From Octopus bimaculoides (taxonomy: Eukaryota): a stretch of DNA of 64,000 bases. The stretch covers positions 28,834,121 through 28,898,120 of the forward strand of contig NC_068989.1 in the NCBI RefSeq assembly GCF_001194135.2, written 5' to 3'. Positions 37,021 through 49,793 of the stretch are shown one piece after another; within the stretch, counting starts at the first letter, position 1; every line of letters begins with the position of its first letter. A program made the position numbers and the translations under genes. The notes below the pieces were generated by a model. It ran no database searches. It saw only the letters and a program-made list of their open reading frames with translations, and was not told the DNA's origin.

Positions 37021-37811
37021 AAAGAGTTGTCTGGATAAAACATTAAAGTTAACAATTGTTTCTGTCAAACAAATCCATTCACAAGGCTTTGGTCAGCCCG
37101 AAGCTATGATAGAAGACGCTTGCCCAAGATGCCATGCAGTGGAACTGAACACAGAACCATGTTGTTGGTAAACAAGCTACTTTCCACACAGCTACTCCTG
37201 TTCCTATGTATATGTATATATAACACAGAATGTTGAACAAACATGCACGTGAAACTCTAACAGCTTTTGTGATGTCTTTGCAGCTTTATTAATAAAGTAT
37301 ATATATANNNNNNNNNNNNNNNNNNNNNNNNNNNNNNNNNNNNNNNNNNNNNNNNNNNNNNNNNNNNNNNNNNNNNNNNNNNNNNNNNNNNNNNNNNNNN
37401 NNNNNNNCACACACACACACACACATGTGTACTGGCCTAACAACCCTCACCATTTGTTTTTACTGTGTTCTTACTGTTCTGTTTCTTTTACCACTTTAAC
37501 CCTCCGCAAAAAGTCCCAAATTTAATTTAATTTGCTTTGTGGGAAGGACTGTTTTAGCGAAGTCGCGTCTTGTCCATACCTTCGTAACGCAGAATAGATA
37601 AGACAGGTGACAACTTATGAAGGGAACTTCTTTATGTAGCCTGTCTCATTTCTCCGTCTTTTTCTTTTGTTGTTTGGAAAAAATGCTTGTTTTCTGTTTT
37701 TTTTTTATTCTCGTTTCTCACTTTGTCTATGTTTTTTTTTCGATGTCCTGTACCCATGTATGCATGTATATATACATATATATGTATATATGCATATTAT
37801 TATACACACAT

Positions 37812-37866
<55 letters not shown>

Positions 37867-37939
37867 TATATACACATATATATATATATATACACATATG
37901 TATATATATATATAAATATCTGTATATATATGTATATAT

Positions 37940-40635
37940 GTGGAAGGTAGATGTGTGCTGTGTGCAAAAGGCTAGGTGGAGGGGCCAGGGTGCGAGAATT
38001 GTGGGTTTCAAGGGAAGAAGGTACAAGTAAGTTGTGGTGGTCAGGAAATAGCAAAGGGACTGGAGGTGTGGGAGTTTTAATGAAGGAAGAAATCTGTGAG
38101 AACGTGGTGGAGGTCAGGAGAAAGAGTGATGGAGTGATTATAGTAGTGTTAGCATTTAGGAAGAAATGGTGAAGGAGATTTGTGTGTATGGTTCGCAAAG
38201 TGGAAGATGTATTGCTGAGAAAGAGCAGTTCTTTGATGAAATGGCAAATGAGTGGGACTTGCATAAGGTGGATGAATTCGTTTGGAGCAGGGGTGACTTT
38301 CATGGACATGTTGGGAAATGGCTTCATGGCTTTGAGGGTGGGCATGGGGGAAACGGAATCGGGGAGAGAAATGTAGAAGAAAGGATGCAGTTGGAGTTTT
38401 GTGATGAGAAAGAGTTGTGTGTGGCGAACACGTGGTTTAGGAAAACAGAGAAAAGGAAGCTGAATTTCAGTGCAGGAGGGAATGAGACAGAGACTGACTT
38501 CGTATTGGTTGGCAGGAAAAACATAAAGTATCTGAGAGATATGAAGACAATACCAGGAGAGTTGCAGCATGGGTTGGTGGTTGCTGACTTGAATAAGAGG
38601 AAAGTTAAGAAGTGAGAGGAGAAAGGTGTGGAAATTGAAGGAAGAAGAAACAAGAGCAAGGTTTGAGGAGAGAGTTGAGGAGTTGGTAAGCATTGATGCA
38701 CCAGATTTATGAAAGTCTTTTAAAGAAGGGGTGCTAAAGACATGTGACAAAGTGTGAGGAAGGATGAAAGGTAGGAGAGATCGAGGTGATACGTGGTGGT
38801 GGAATGAAGAGGTGAGGGATGCGATGGTGAGGAAGAAGGGGGCGCATAAAGCTTTATGTAATAATAAGACTGAGCAAATGAAAGCCAGGTATAATAACAT
38901 GAAGAATCATGCAAAGAGGGTGGTTGTGAGATCTATGAGGAAGGAGGCTGAGGAGAGGTTGAGCGGGCTGGATGAGAACCCAGATAGAGTGTTTAGGTTT
39001 ATTAAATCAATGAAAAAAGATGGAAGAAGACGGAGGAAGATGCATGAGGGGGACTGATGGAAAGTTGAATTTTAGTGAGAAGGATAGGGGAAGAGTTTGG
39101 GAGGAGCATTTAGAGGGAATTATGAATGAGGAGAATGAATGGGATCAGAAGGTAGAAGTTGCTGTAGTGGAGGGGACAGTGGAGAGAGTTAGTCAGGAAG
39201 AAGTAGTAGAGGCAATGAAGTCAAATGAAAACAGGAAAGGCAGCTGGTCCAGCAGAAGTAAGTGTGTTAATGATAACTGCAAGTAGAGAGATAGGGATTG
39301 TTGTGATGATGGAGCTCTACCAGGGTGTGTGGGATGGAAGAGAAATGCAAGATGACTGGGCCAGTAAGTGTGGTGGTCCCGATCTTCAAGGGGAAGGGGG
39401 ATGTGATGAGTTGTGGGGCATATAGGGGAGTGAAGTTATTGGAGCATGCAATGAAGATAGTGGAAAGGGTGTTGGAGAGGAGAATTCGGAAGGGGGTGGA
39501 TGTGGACGAGATGCAATTTGGTTATATACAGTGTTCATTGTAAGAAGATTGCAAGAGGAATACTGAGATAAGAAGGAGTTGTGCTTGTGCTTCATTGATC
39601 TGGAGAAGGCATTTGATAGGGTTCCAAGGAAGGTGATTGAGTGGGCATTGAGGAAGAGAGGTGTACTAGAGGTAATAGTGAGAGCATTGATGAGTTTGTA
39701 TGAGAGGGTAAAGACAAGAGTTAGAATTGGATTAGAGCTGTCAGAGGAGTTTGCGGTGAAAGTTGGTGTGCATCAGGGATTTGTGTTGTCATCATTGTTT
39801 GCAATAGTGGTTGATGTAGTGACAGAGTGTGCAAGAGAGGGATTGATAATGGAGATACTGTATACTGATGACCTTGTTCTGATGAGTGAGATGATGACTG
39901 GCAAGAGAGTTTGTTTGTGGAAGATGTGAGAAAGGAGCTGGAGGGCTGGCGGAACCAGTGGAAATGTTATGGGACAAGTTGGAAACGCTGGGAGGGTTTT
40001 GTTATTTGGGAGATAGGGTGGATGTAAGTGGTGAATGTGAAGTAGCTGTGACAGCAAGAGTGAAACTTGACTGGGCGAAATTCAGGGAATGTGGAGTGTT
40101 GTTAGATGGGAAAAAGGTTCTCATTAAAGATGAAAAGAAGGGTCTGTAAGAGTTGTGTGAGAGCTGCAATGCTGTATGGGAGTGAGACATGATGTCTGAG
40201 GGAGAGAGAGATGGTAATCTTGAAAAAGACTAAGAGAGCAATGGTGAGAGAAATGTGTGGGGTGAGGCTCTTTGGTAAGAGGAGGACTGAGGATTTGATG
40301 GGAATGCTGGGATTGCAGGAATTGGTGGAATGGTCAGCAAGGACAAATGGAGTGAGGTGGTATGGGCATGTGTTGAGGAGGGATGAAGAGCATGTTCTGA
40401 GGTGGGTGATTGCGTTTCAGGTAAATGGAACGCGAAAATGAGGTAGACCGAAGAAAAGGTGGAGGGGACCAGTGGAGGAGGAGATTGAGAAGGTTGGTTT
40501 GAAAAAGGAGAATGCTTAAAACCGAGTAAGATGGCAAGATGGTGTGATGGCGGTTATTATAGCATTGAGGTAGATCTGGCCATCCTGTTTAACGGGGACA
40601 GAACCTGGATTTAAACCACTAGATGATGATGATGA
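37940..40635 (+). mobile_element. RTE-clade LINE, near full ORF, degenerate
   Basis: APE endonuclease ([27 protein letters not shown]), RT (CFIDLEKAFDRVPR, GVHQG.VLS.LF, ILYTDDLVL), C-terminal RWYGHVLR and a (GAT)n tail at 40622-40635. Confidence 0.92.
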
Positions 40636-40880
40636 TTTCTTCCTTTAACTTTTTGGTAAGTGTCCCAGTTGTGAGGAAGCTCTGGAAGAGAATCTGAAGT
40701 GATCTTGCTAGAGCCCCTTTGCATTTCTTTTGGAGGATTGCTGGGAATCCATCAGGTTCTGTGGCTGAGTTTGAGCTCATTACATCAATGGCTGATATTA
40801 CATCAGTTTCCAGTATTTTGATGCTATCAGTAATTGCCATTTCTTTGTGCATAGCTTTGGTGCCAAAGAACTCATCAAGC
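40636..40880 (-). mobile_element. CR1/Jockey-type LINE RT fragment
   Basis: Reads SATEPDGFPAILQKKCKGALARSLQILFQSFLTTG (RT subdomain 0/1). Confidence 0.7.
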
Positions 40881-40889
40881 ATAGCTACT

Positions 40890-41370
40890 TGCAAGTGCCC
40901 CAATGGAGTTGTGAAAATGCATGTGCATCTGGGGCAGGCTTGAGTCATCTGTTGATTATTGATGTAGTCATAACTCTTAATGTCCTCTCGGACAGGAGTG
41001 CAATATATCTTCTGTTGCTTATGAAGCACAAATTTCAGCAAACTATAACAATGGTTGCACAAACATCAAGCGTTATATCAGAGCTGTGGAAGGAAAATTT
41101 AAAGCTAGATATTAGAGCCATCTTTTGAATTTTGGGTACCATGATTAAAGACATTCAACAATCCTTTTGGCTTTAATCTGGATGGTACCAGTTTCAGTAT
41201 GAAATGGAAAATCCTCTCTAAATCCAGACCTGTACTAATGGGTCCAAAAATGTTCAGTGTGTTCCCTTGAAAAACTATCTATTAAAATCTTGAGAGCCTC
41301 CAACATAAATTCGAGGAACGAGATTTTTTTCTGTATGTTCACATGTCTGGAAATCTTGTCAAAGTTTAAA
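40890..41370 (+). mobile_element. Second Penelope-like GIY-YIG fragment
   Basis: Reads AYEAQISANYNNGCTNIKRYIRAVEGKFKARY*SH...MKWKILSKSRP...C.VC.LEK...INSRNEIFSVCSH, the same architecture as 5461-5811. Confidence 0.7.
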
Positions 41371-41589
41371 AGTAGACCACCAGACACTTAATGAATCATT
41401 AACATGGTTTACATCTGCTTGACATCAAATTATTGTGTTTTTCTGTTTGTTTTCTTTACAAGTTTTGTTTTCAGCTTGATAAATGACAGAATAAATTATT
41501 ATTTCAACCAGGAAACCCTGGGTGGCTGTAATTACAAGATTTCTGGCTTTTTATTTTAAGATATAAATCAATAAATAAAAATGTGTGTG

Positions 41590-41815
41590 TTTGCACGCAT
41601 CATTGTGTTAGTGTTTGTCTCCCATCACAGCTTGACAACTGGTGCTTATGTGTTTATGTCCCCATAACTTAGCAGTTTGACAAAAGAGACTGATAGAATA
41701 AGTACCAGGCTTAAAAAAAAGAACTGCTAAGGTTGATTCTTTTGACTAAAATAAAATTCTTCAAGGTGGCGCTCCAGCATGGCTGCAGTTTAATGACTGA
41801 AACAAGTAAAGATAA
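41590..41815 (+). mobile_element. SINE 3' half
   Basis: TTGACAACTGGTG...GATAGAATAAGTACCAGG...CCAGCATGGCTGCAGTTTAATGACTGAAACAAGTAAA. Confidence 0.75.
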
Positions 41816-42262
41816 AAGAACTTCCAAACTTCTTTTGCCAGCTATGTATTTTATAGAATTGTAAATTGTGTGTTATTGCTGGAATGAAATATTTGTAAGA
41901 AGTATTTAAAAATGCTAAAATCTGAAGGGAAACCATAGATTTTAGTTTAAATAATATCAACACACTAACAAATCACTCTACCTTAACTTTTTACTCAGTT
42001 TGATTGGTGAAGGTTTTGTTTCACTTTTCACTGAAATTTATTGAAATCCTCATTCCAAGTGTCAATCCAACCAAATTCACGACACTAAAAGAACTATTAG
42101 TACATGGAGTTGGTTTGATTGAATTTGAATCTAAGGAATCATCATTCCCAATGTTGTCATTTCTAATAAAGTTTTACTTTATCAATACATGTCAATTAAA
42201 GAAAACATTGTTTTTATTTCATTGTTACTTTTCTTTTAATTTTAGAGTGTGATGTTTCAGAC

Positions 42263-42394
42263 ATGGAGTCAAGTAGTGGTGGCAGTTTTCCCAAGATTAT
42301 GGTCTTTAAACCAACCATGGAAGAATTCAAAGATTTCAGAAAATATGTCAATTATATGGAATCACAAGGCGCTCATAAAGCTGGTTTGGCAAAG
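42263..42394 (+). CDS. KDM4: KDM4/JMJD2 histone demethylase, first coding exon (JmjN)
   Basis: Acceptor TTTCAG ends at 42260, then AC-ATG. Translates [44 protein letters not shown], a typical KDM4 JmjN start. Donor AAG|GTAAAG, phase 0. Confidence 0.96.
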
Positions 42395-43217
42395 GTAAAG
42401 CATCCCTCTTTGTCTGTCTGTATAGAGAAAAAATAATTTTTCAGCAACTACAATATCGTATATCTTCTTTTTAAAAAGTATTGTATTTAAACTTCAACTC
42501 TCCATGTGAACCAACAGGATAGAGTTTGACATGAATAATGATGACTATAGTTTATCTTATATTATAAAAGACAAATGGATCTCCATGTGTCTCTGTTCAT
42601 CACATCTATAAAAGGGAGGGAAAGAAGGGGAGGAATCAAAATATACATCACAATGTAAAACGCAATACAAGCATTAAAAAAGACTTTCACTTTGAATAAA
42701 AGAATGGGATGAGAAAAGGTTGTTAAGAGAGAGAGTGAAAGATAGATACATAGGTAGGTATTGTTGTCCACTTAGTTACTAAGAAATCTGAATAATACTA
42801 AAACTCTAGAGATGTTTGTGTGTACCCAAAATATCTCAGAAATAGTATATTTTATTTTATTTTGCATATTTATCTTCATACTTACCTTTGGCAGTACTGT
42901 ACAAATTTTTGTGATATTTGGACCTCTATTTAAATGATTAAACACATTTTTTGTTTGTTATTTCTTGACGAAAAAATACATGGCTTCCGTGACATCAACA
43001 CACATACAGAATATGCACACATATGAATGTTATGGTTTGTCAATCAACACAAGCACACATCTGCTATCTGTGACATATACACACACACACAGTCTTTGCA
43101 CTCTAAGAAAAAAAAAAATTGACTTTTTGACGTACACAATATTTTTAGAAATATTTTTAACTGAATGTGATTTCATCATACGGAGTTCATTAATTTCTGT
43201 TAAAATATTTATTTATT

Positions 43218-43553
43218 TACCTTTGTTTTAAAGGGAAAGAGAGAGAAAGTGAAAGATGTATGTACGTGTATATGAAATGGACGTGTGTGTGTGTGTGTGT
43301 GAAAGAGAGAGAGAGAGTGAGTGAAGGAGTGTGTTATGTATACGTACATACATCAATGCATATGCGTACATCTTTTTTGTATGTACATGTGCATGTGTGT
43401 GTGTGTGAGAGAGAAAGAGAGAGTGAGTGAGTGAACATGTGTGTTATCATGTATGTGTAAGTGACACTCTCTTTCTCACATACATGCGTCCATTTCATAT
43501 ACACTTGCATACATCTTTCGCTTTCTCTTCTCTTGCACTTTAAAACAGAAGTA
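43218..43553. repeat. Inverted repeat with about 90-bp arms in a KDM4 intron
   Basis: 43218-43310 resembles the reverse complement of 43464-43553 (TTTTAAAG...GAAAGATGTATG..GTGTATATGAAATGGACG). Confidence 0.8.
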
Positions 43554-44329
43554 ACAGGTGATTTTCAGGTTAAAAGTTGTTTAAAAAAGCTTCTCATGTA
43601 AAATTTGCATATGAAAGTTTTCAGAAGTGCCGATATGGCCAGAGAAAAAGGTTTTCAATTTAGTTGTATTTAGCATAATTTCACTTACTTATGATTAAAT
43701 TTTATTAAATTTTCATTAGATTTAAGCCCTTGTTTTTTCTGTAAATCCCTTCTGACATAAAATGAGTCAACTTCCGGTATGAATGTTTACATTTTGTAAC
43801 TCTCTAAAAAAAAAAACGACTTTGTGACGTACACACACACTGACAGAGAGAAATATCTTTTTTACAGAGATTACTTATAGTTTCATCATTTTGGATTTTA
43901 TTCCATTTCATTCATTTGATATTTGTAATCTCTTTGTTGTTTTGATTTAATTTTCTTAATACAACATTACATACAAAAATAAGCACTGATCAATTATGCC
44001 ATGTGGAAAGAGACAGGGATCATCGTGGTCTAGAGATGATGCGAAAAGGTGTTGGGAAGAAGCAAGGGTAAGGAGACAACAGGAAACGGCTAAGATGATA
44101 GCAGAACAATGGCAGGATAACAGTCATGCAACAAAGAAGGAGGCAAGGAGAGACTGAGGAAGATAGGAATGTGCATCTCCAGGATGTGAGACAAAGTACA
44201 AATAGCAGAAGACTTGCAGAAATGCCTGAGATGGGGCTGCATGAATCTTAAAGAACAGGGTGAGGAAAGAAAGAAGGACAGAGGGAGCATTGGAAGGAAA
44301 TGGATTCACTCTTTCTGCTGATGTAGATG

Positions 44330-44630
44330 TGATGAATTTCATATGCTCTTACTGCTATGCATTCTTATTCCATGGCAAAACTGCAAATGTCTGCTGCATG
44401 AAGGGAAAATTTTGTATTGGCAATTTACAACCTCTACCAAATGAACTTATCCATTTATACAATAGTGATGACTGTCTTGCAAAAGAATTCAGAAAGAACA
44501 TCAGACAGTGCAACTGCCTCTTCTAAATGACATCATTTGGTGGGAAAAAAGTTATTCCTAAAAGAAACATAGAATCCCGCCATTGTCATTCATGGCCAGA
44601 TCCATCACTATATTGGACAGTTAGTCACAA
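44330..44630 (+). mobile_element. Helitron RepHel N-terminal fragment
   Basis: Reads CSYCYAFLFHGKTANVCCMKGK...LQPLPNELIHL......KEFRKNIRQCNCLF*MTSFG, the typical pre-Rep zinc region. Confidence 0.8.
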
Positions 44631-44875
44631 TTTTCTTCAGGCATTAAATTGATTTCTATTGTTTAGATAATTCCAATTAAATAAGTTCAGAAGTTAGGTT
44701 AAATATATATACATGCATAAGTACCATTCTGTAGAATTCCCATTCTATAAACTGGCAAACAATTCCGTGAATACTTTACTGGGCAACGTTGGGTAGTAAC
44801 TCTATTTTTGATTTAAAATGTGGTAATTTTAAGTGGAAGTCAATACAATGGAACACAAACTCTAGAAAACAACTA

Positions 44876-46078
44876 CTGTAAAAACCCATGTAATTTATGC
44901 ACTTTTTTTTGTAAAAATAAAAATAAACTTTAGTGGGGTGCATAAATGACATAAGTAGATCATTTCCAGAATTAAAAAAAAAATTCTTTTGTTGAAAAAA
45001 GACATACAAAACAAACATTTGTACCGGAAGTTGACTCATTTAATGTCACAATAGGTTTTTACAGAAAAAATAATGGCTTAAATATAATGAAGTTGACTTT
45101 TATTTATGCTAGACTGTATAATGCTTACTTTTTCTGTATAAATTTACTAAAACCTATTGCAATGGAACATCATTAATATACATAGTGATGTGGGTATTCC
45201 TGATTGAAAAAAATGTAATGATATGGATAATCTTGATTGTATGTTTTTATTTTTGTCTGTTTATTACTAGGCACACTTTTAAGTTTGTCGTACTGTTTAT
45301 GCCAATTTCGAACATTGGCTTCATTAGCATTAAAATACCTTCCGGCAGCTCTATTGTCATGTTCAAATGCATATTCAACATATTTAATTTCTCCTTTGCA
45401 GTAAATGATTCATAAGTTCTGCCCATACTGACAATAATGGTAATGACAAATTTTAAAGTTTGCTTAATATTTTATAAGTGTGAAAGGGATTGAAATTTCA
45501 ATACTCCGTATCAAAGGTTCTGACAAGAATAGGCAGAAAAGAATTCTGCTTACATAATCAGTCTGATCAGTCACCTTTCTCTGTTGGTTGAGTAAAGTGT
45601 CATCCAAGCTGATGTTTATTGGTAATTAAACTTAATTTACAACACGTATGCATATTTATCAGATTTGTTTTTGTTAGTAATTCTTATCAAAAACTTTTCT
45701 TGTGATCTTGATTTGAGAAGACACACTGGAGTATGCTAAAGATCGGACATAATGTCTTGTGGGCAAAGAATGTAAAATGAAGTTTATTATAAATAACACA
45801 AACATTTTGTAATTTAATAGCTTTCAATGTGATACTTATTAAACAGAAATTATTTTTATTTATTGAAAATTTAATAAAATCTATTCATAAGTAAGTGAAA
45901 TTATACTAAATACAACTAAATTGAAAACCTTTTTTCCCTGGCTATATCGACTATTCTGAAAAATTTTGGGTTCAAATTTTACATGAGTAGAAGCATTTTA
46001 TAACAGTGTTAACAAATTTTATCTTGAAGATCACCTGCGTAAATTACACAGGTGTGCAAATTACATAGGTTTTTACGG
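44876..46078. mobile_element. Non-autonomous pogo-type TIR element
   Basis: TIRs CTGTAAAAACCCATGTAATTTATGCAC / GTGCAAATTACATAGGTTTTTACGG, with TA on both sides. Confidence 0.8.
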
Positions 46079-46195
46079 TATATGTGTATGTATGATATAG
46101 ATAATTATTTTTGTCTTTGTTTCTGTGTGTATGTTTCTGTATGCCTTTTAATATATAGACAAGGCCTCGCAGTTTTCTAAAAATAACTGTTTGTA

Positions 46196-46230
<35 letters not shown>

Positions 46231-47859
46231 ACACACACACACACACACACACACATATGGTAAAGTCAGAACAAATAGGACCTTATTATCAGTCAAGCAG
46301 GTTGAGGTAAAGTCCTACATCTTGTCTATTTTTTCTTATTTTATATCCTGTTACTAATGTTCACCAAGAAAGTCAATCTAAATGTTATTTGCACAATTAT
46401 TTATGATGGTACGTGCTTAACTTAGAAACATTTTTATTTGGCAGTCTAGCAACAGGTTTGAACTGGTATTTATAAGAATGAAAGAAATTAGAAATAATTC
46501 TTATTGGCTCCTAGATAAATAAACTATTAGTGGCAATATGCAAAGTGGTATGGATATAAAAAAAATATTGTTCTGTTGATACTTCTAAATAAATAATTTA
46601 AAATGAAAAGAAAATTAAATATATCAGTTTTGGAAGTATTACAAATTCTGATCAATAAGTAAAGAAAATTGGGAAGAAATGATTTGTATTAATAATTGAA
46701 TAATAATACTGTGAAAAATGGAACCACTAGCTCACATTACTTTTTTTTTTAATTAAATCAAAATAAGTTAAAATTACTATTTTGATACAAATGTAAAATG
46801 TTGGGATAATATTTCTTAGTCCCTCTCTCTTATGTAACACTGTGGGAACTCAATAGTTCTCCAGAATGAAATAGTTGCAAGAATTGTTTGAAAACAAGTT
46901 CTGTGTATTTAGCTCCATGTTCTCTCCTAATGCCAAACTCTCAGTGATGAAATAAGTATGGAATTGGATTGAGGTATGTGCCTATATTTTCAAATAGCCT
47001 TTCCACAGTAATTTGACTTGCTAGTAGTGGCGGATAATCATTTTCAAAAGCATGCCCCACCACTTTAAGAAAAGAAGGATTTATTGAATAATGTGTTCCA
47101 AGATGTACCATGACTGATTGTACATTAGAAATCAATTATACAAAATATTTTGGAATTGGCGGAATATCTCATAATTGCATATCTGGTGTGCTTCTTGTAC
47201 AACTATTTTAGACAATATTGTTTTATTTCTGTAGGGATCAGTATACGAACCTAAAATGACATCTACTTTAACTATAAACCAGGGGAAATTAAATACAACA
47301 TAATATAATGTACTCCTTTCAAAGTTGATAAAAAAGAAAGTACTAATCCAGAGCAGAACTGTAAGAACATTAATTCTTTAGTGTTCAGATTACTTTGTCA
47401 AATGTAATACTTATTTATTCACATTGTTTAGAATTAATCATGCATTATCTGGTAGCTTCAAGATTTCAATGGCATGATTGTTTACTTTCAGAATGACACT
47501 CTAGAATAGGTGTGAGAGGCTGGATCTGGCTGGTTTGAAAATACAAGAGTTAGAATACTCGGGCCTGATATGCCAATGATATGTTAAAAGCACCTAGCAT
47601 ACACTATAAAGTGGTTGGCATCAGGAAAGTTATCCAGCTGTAGAAACCAAGCCAAATCTGACTGGAACCTAATGCAGCTCTCCAGCTTCCCAGCTCTGAT
47701 CAAACTGTCCAACCCATGCCAGCATGGTAAATGGACGTTAAAAGTTGATGATATATATATATATATATGTATATATGGAAAGTGGACGTTAAGCGACGGC
47801 GACGATGATGATGATGATGATGATGATATATATATATATATATATAAAATGTGCAGGTG

Positions 47860-48240
47860 TGACTGTGTAGTTGAGAAGTTTACTTCTCAATCATATGGTT
47901 TTAGGTTCAGTCATATTGCCTGACACCTTGGGCAAATGTCTTCTACTATAGCCATGGGTCTACAATATCATTGTGTGTGGATTTGGTAGATGGAAATGGA
48001 AAAAAGCCCATTGTGTGTGTGTGTGGGGGGGGGCATGTCTCCTTGTGTTATCATATGTTGGTTGTAAACAGCATTACCATCATACAAGCAGTGTCCTTCA
48101 TCTTGTGTGAAAGCATATCTGCCATGGATAAACATTACCTTACTTAAGCAGGTGATGGTTGGCAACAGAAAGAGCATCCAGTTGTAGAAAACCTACCTCT
48201 ACAAATTCTGTTGTTAAAATGCTGCTGATGATGATCATTG
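47860..48240 (+). mobile_element. Degenerate tRNA-derived SINE
   Basis: AGGTGTGACTGTGTAGTTGAGAAG...GGTTCAGTC...CACCTTGGGCAAATGTCTTCTACTATAGCC head. Confidence 0.7.
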
Positions 48241-48313
48241 TGTGTATAATTAGTGTTTGTAGTCATATTACTTAGTAGCATACACTTGAAGGAAATTCCT
48301 CTCTCTCTCTCTC

Positions 48314-49305
48314 TGTTATATATACATAAATACGGACGTAGTAGATAACAGCTAGCCTTCGGCCACCCTTTTGGGCCCTGTTGTGTCCACTACTCTGATT
48401 GGTTGGTATTGGTGCAATTTGTCTCTTGCTCTATTGCACGCCAATATGCAACCCGACCAATCGCAGCCTTCAAATAAGGTCACGTGAGACAGTCTCTTAT
48501 AAACCTCAGTTTGTGCCGACTGCTCACTATAAAACTCTGGCTTTACATAGAATCGATGTTTTTCGGTTCCAGACCTTTTGAGGTTTAGCCATTGACCACA
48601 CAGGACACGGCCAGTTTCTGCGACAACACAACAGCAGCCACATGGAGACTCATCAACACTTCATCCAAGCAGCATTCATGACCTCCATCTCTGTTGCCAG
48701 CATTCATCCTAACATCAACATCATCTCTCTACGTACACAGCGACCAGCAACACTCGCACAGGTTTCAACACAACACTGTTTGTGAATTACGTCACCATGG
48801 TTAACAGCAAATACAACCTGCGACAACCTCCTGTAACAGGTGACCGGCAGCAGCATCGTAGCCACAACATTACGTATGACAGGTACCTCAACCGGCTCTG
48901 CATTACTGCCACAACTACTTGATACAGCATTTTAACTATTGTGTACATTGACTACGAACTGGTATTTATCATCCTTGTATCTGAACATTCTTCTAATGTC
49001 ATATTATAGGCTCTTTCAATGCTCTGTACTCATTGCACACGCATACACTTTGTTCTCATATCTATTATTATGTATATATGATGCACGCACATGTTAACAT
49101 ATAAATAAAATCTTCTCTTAAACATTCTACCCAGTTGTGTCTCTCTTTTCCTTATGGCACTTATACTCGTTCATCCTCTTCATATTTATTGTATCAACCG
49201 TATGATGTGCAAAGGAGCCATTCTTGTCACCTTTACTTCGCACGGTCGTTTACAACTTTCTTGTATGAGTGGGATGGTTTATTTGTTGCAGCAAATGTTT
49301 TAACA
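48314..49305 (+). mobile_element. Putative solo LTR
   Basis: Bounded by TGTTA...TAACA. CCAAT at 48441 and 48457, CACGTG at 48481, TATAAA at 48498, AATAAA at 49104. No TSD visible (the left flank is a (CT)n tract). Confidence 0.4.
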
Positions 49306-49617
49306 GTTAGATGTTTTTCATACCACTAAACCTTCATTCATCAAGAATGAGTGATGCATTAATCCAGCTCTATTTGCACAGAGTTTCAAAAACAGTTTGA
49401 AATTCATTTTGTTTTTATTGTATTAGGAGTAGTAATCCTCCCTCACCGAATAAGGACATTCCTGGACAGTCACAGCCAGCTGGCTAGAATCAGTAAAATA
49501 GTACATTTTTTACCATTCAAGATTTAATTTGAAATGTGTTACTGAAACATCTTGCTGAAACCTTGTAGCTATTTATTTTTATATGCCACATAAGTTTTAC
49601 TCTTTATAATTTTATAG

Positions 49618-49793
49618 GTGATTCCACCACCAGAATGGACTCCAAGACGTGTTGGTTATGAAAATGTTGATCTCATGGTTCCTGCTCCTATCACTCAGGT
49701 GGTGAGTGGTTGTCAGGGATTGTATACTCAATATAACATTCAGAGAAAAGGCATTCACGTTAAAGAATTTGAAAAGTTAGCCAACAGTGATCG
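49618..49793 (+). CDS. KDM4: KDM4 second coding exon (end of JmjN plus linker), 176 nt
   Basis: Acceptor TTTATAG|GTG. Translates [58 protein letters not shown](R). Donor CG|GTATGT, phase 2, matching the next exon. Confidence 0.96.

Noticed and set aside
37800-38900. 366-aa minus-strand ORF, the longest in the track
   Set aside because: It is the antisense of a purine-rich RTE endonuclease region plus microsatellite, with no domain features.
46940-47135. LASQITVERLF, resembling a hAT dimerisation motif
   Set aside because: A single short motif with no termini or other transposase blocks; too weak to call.
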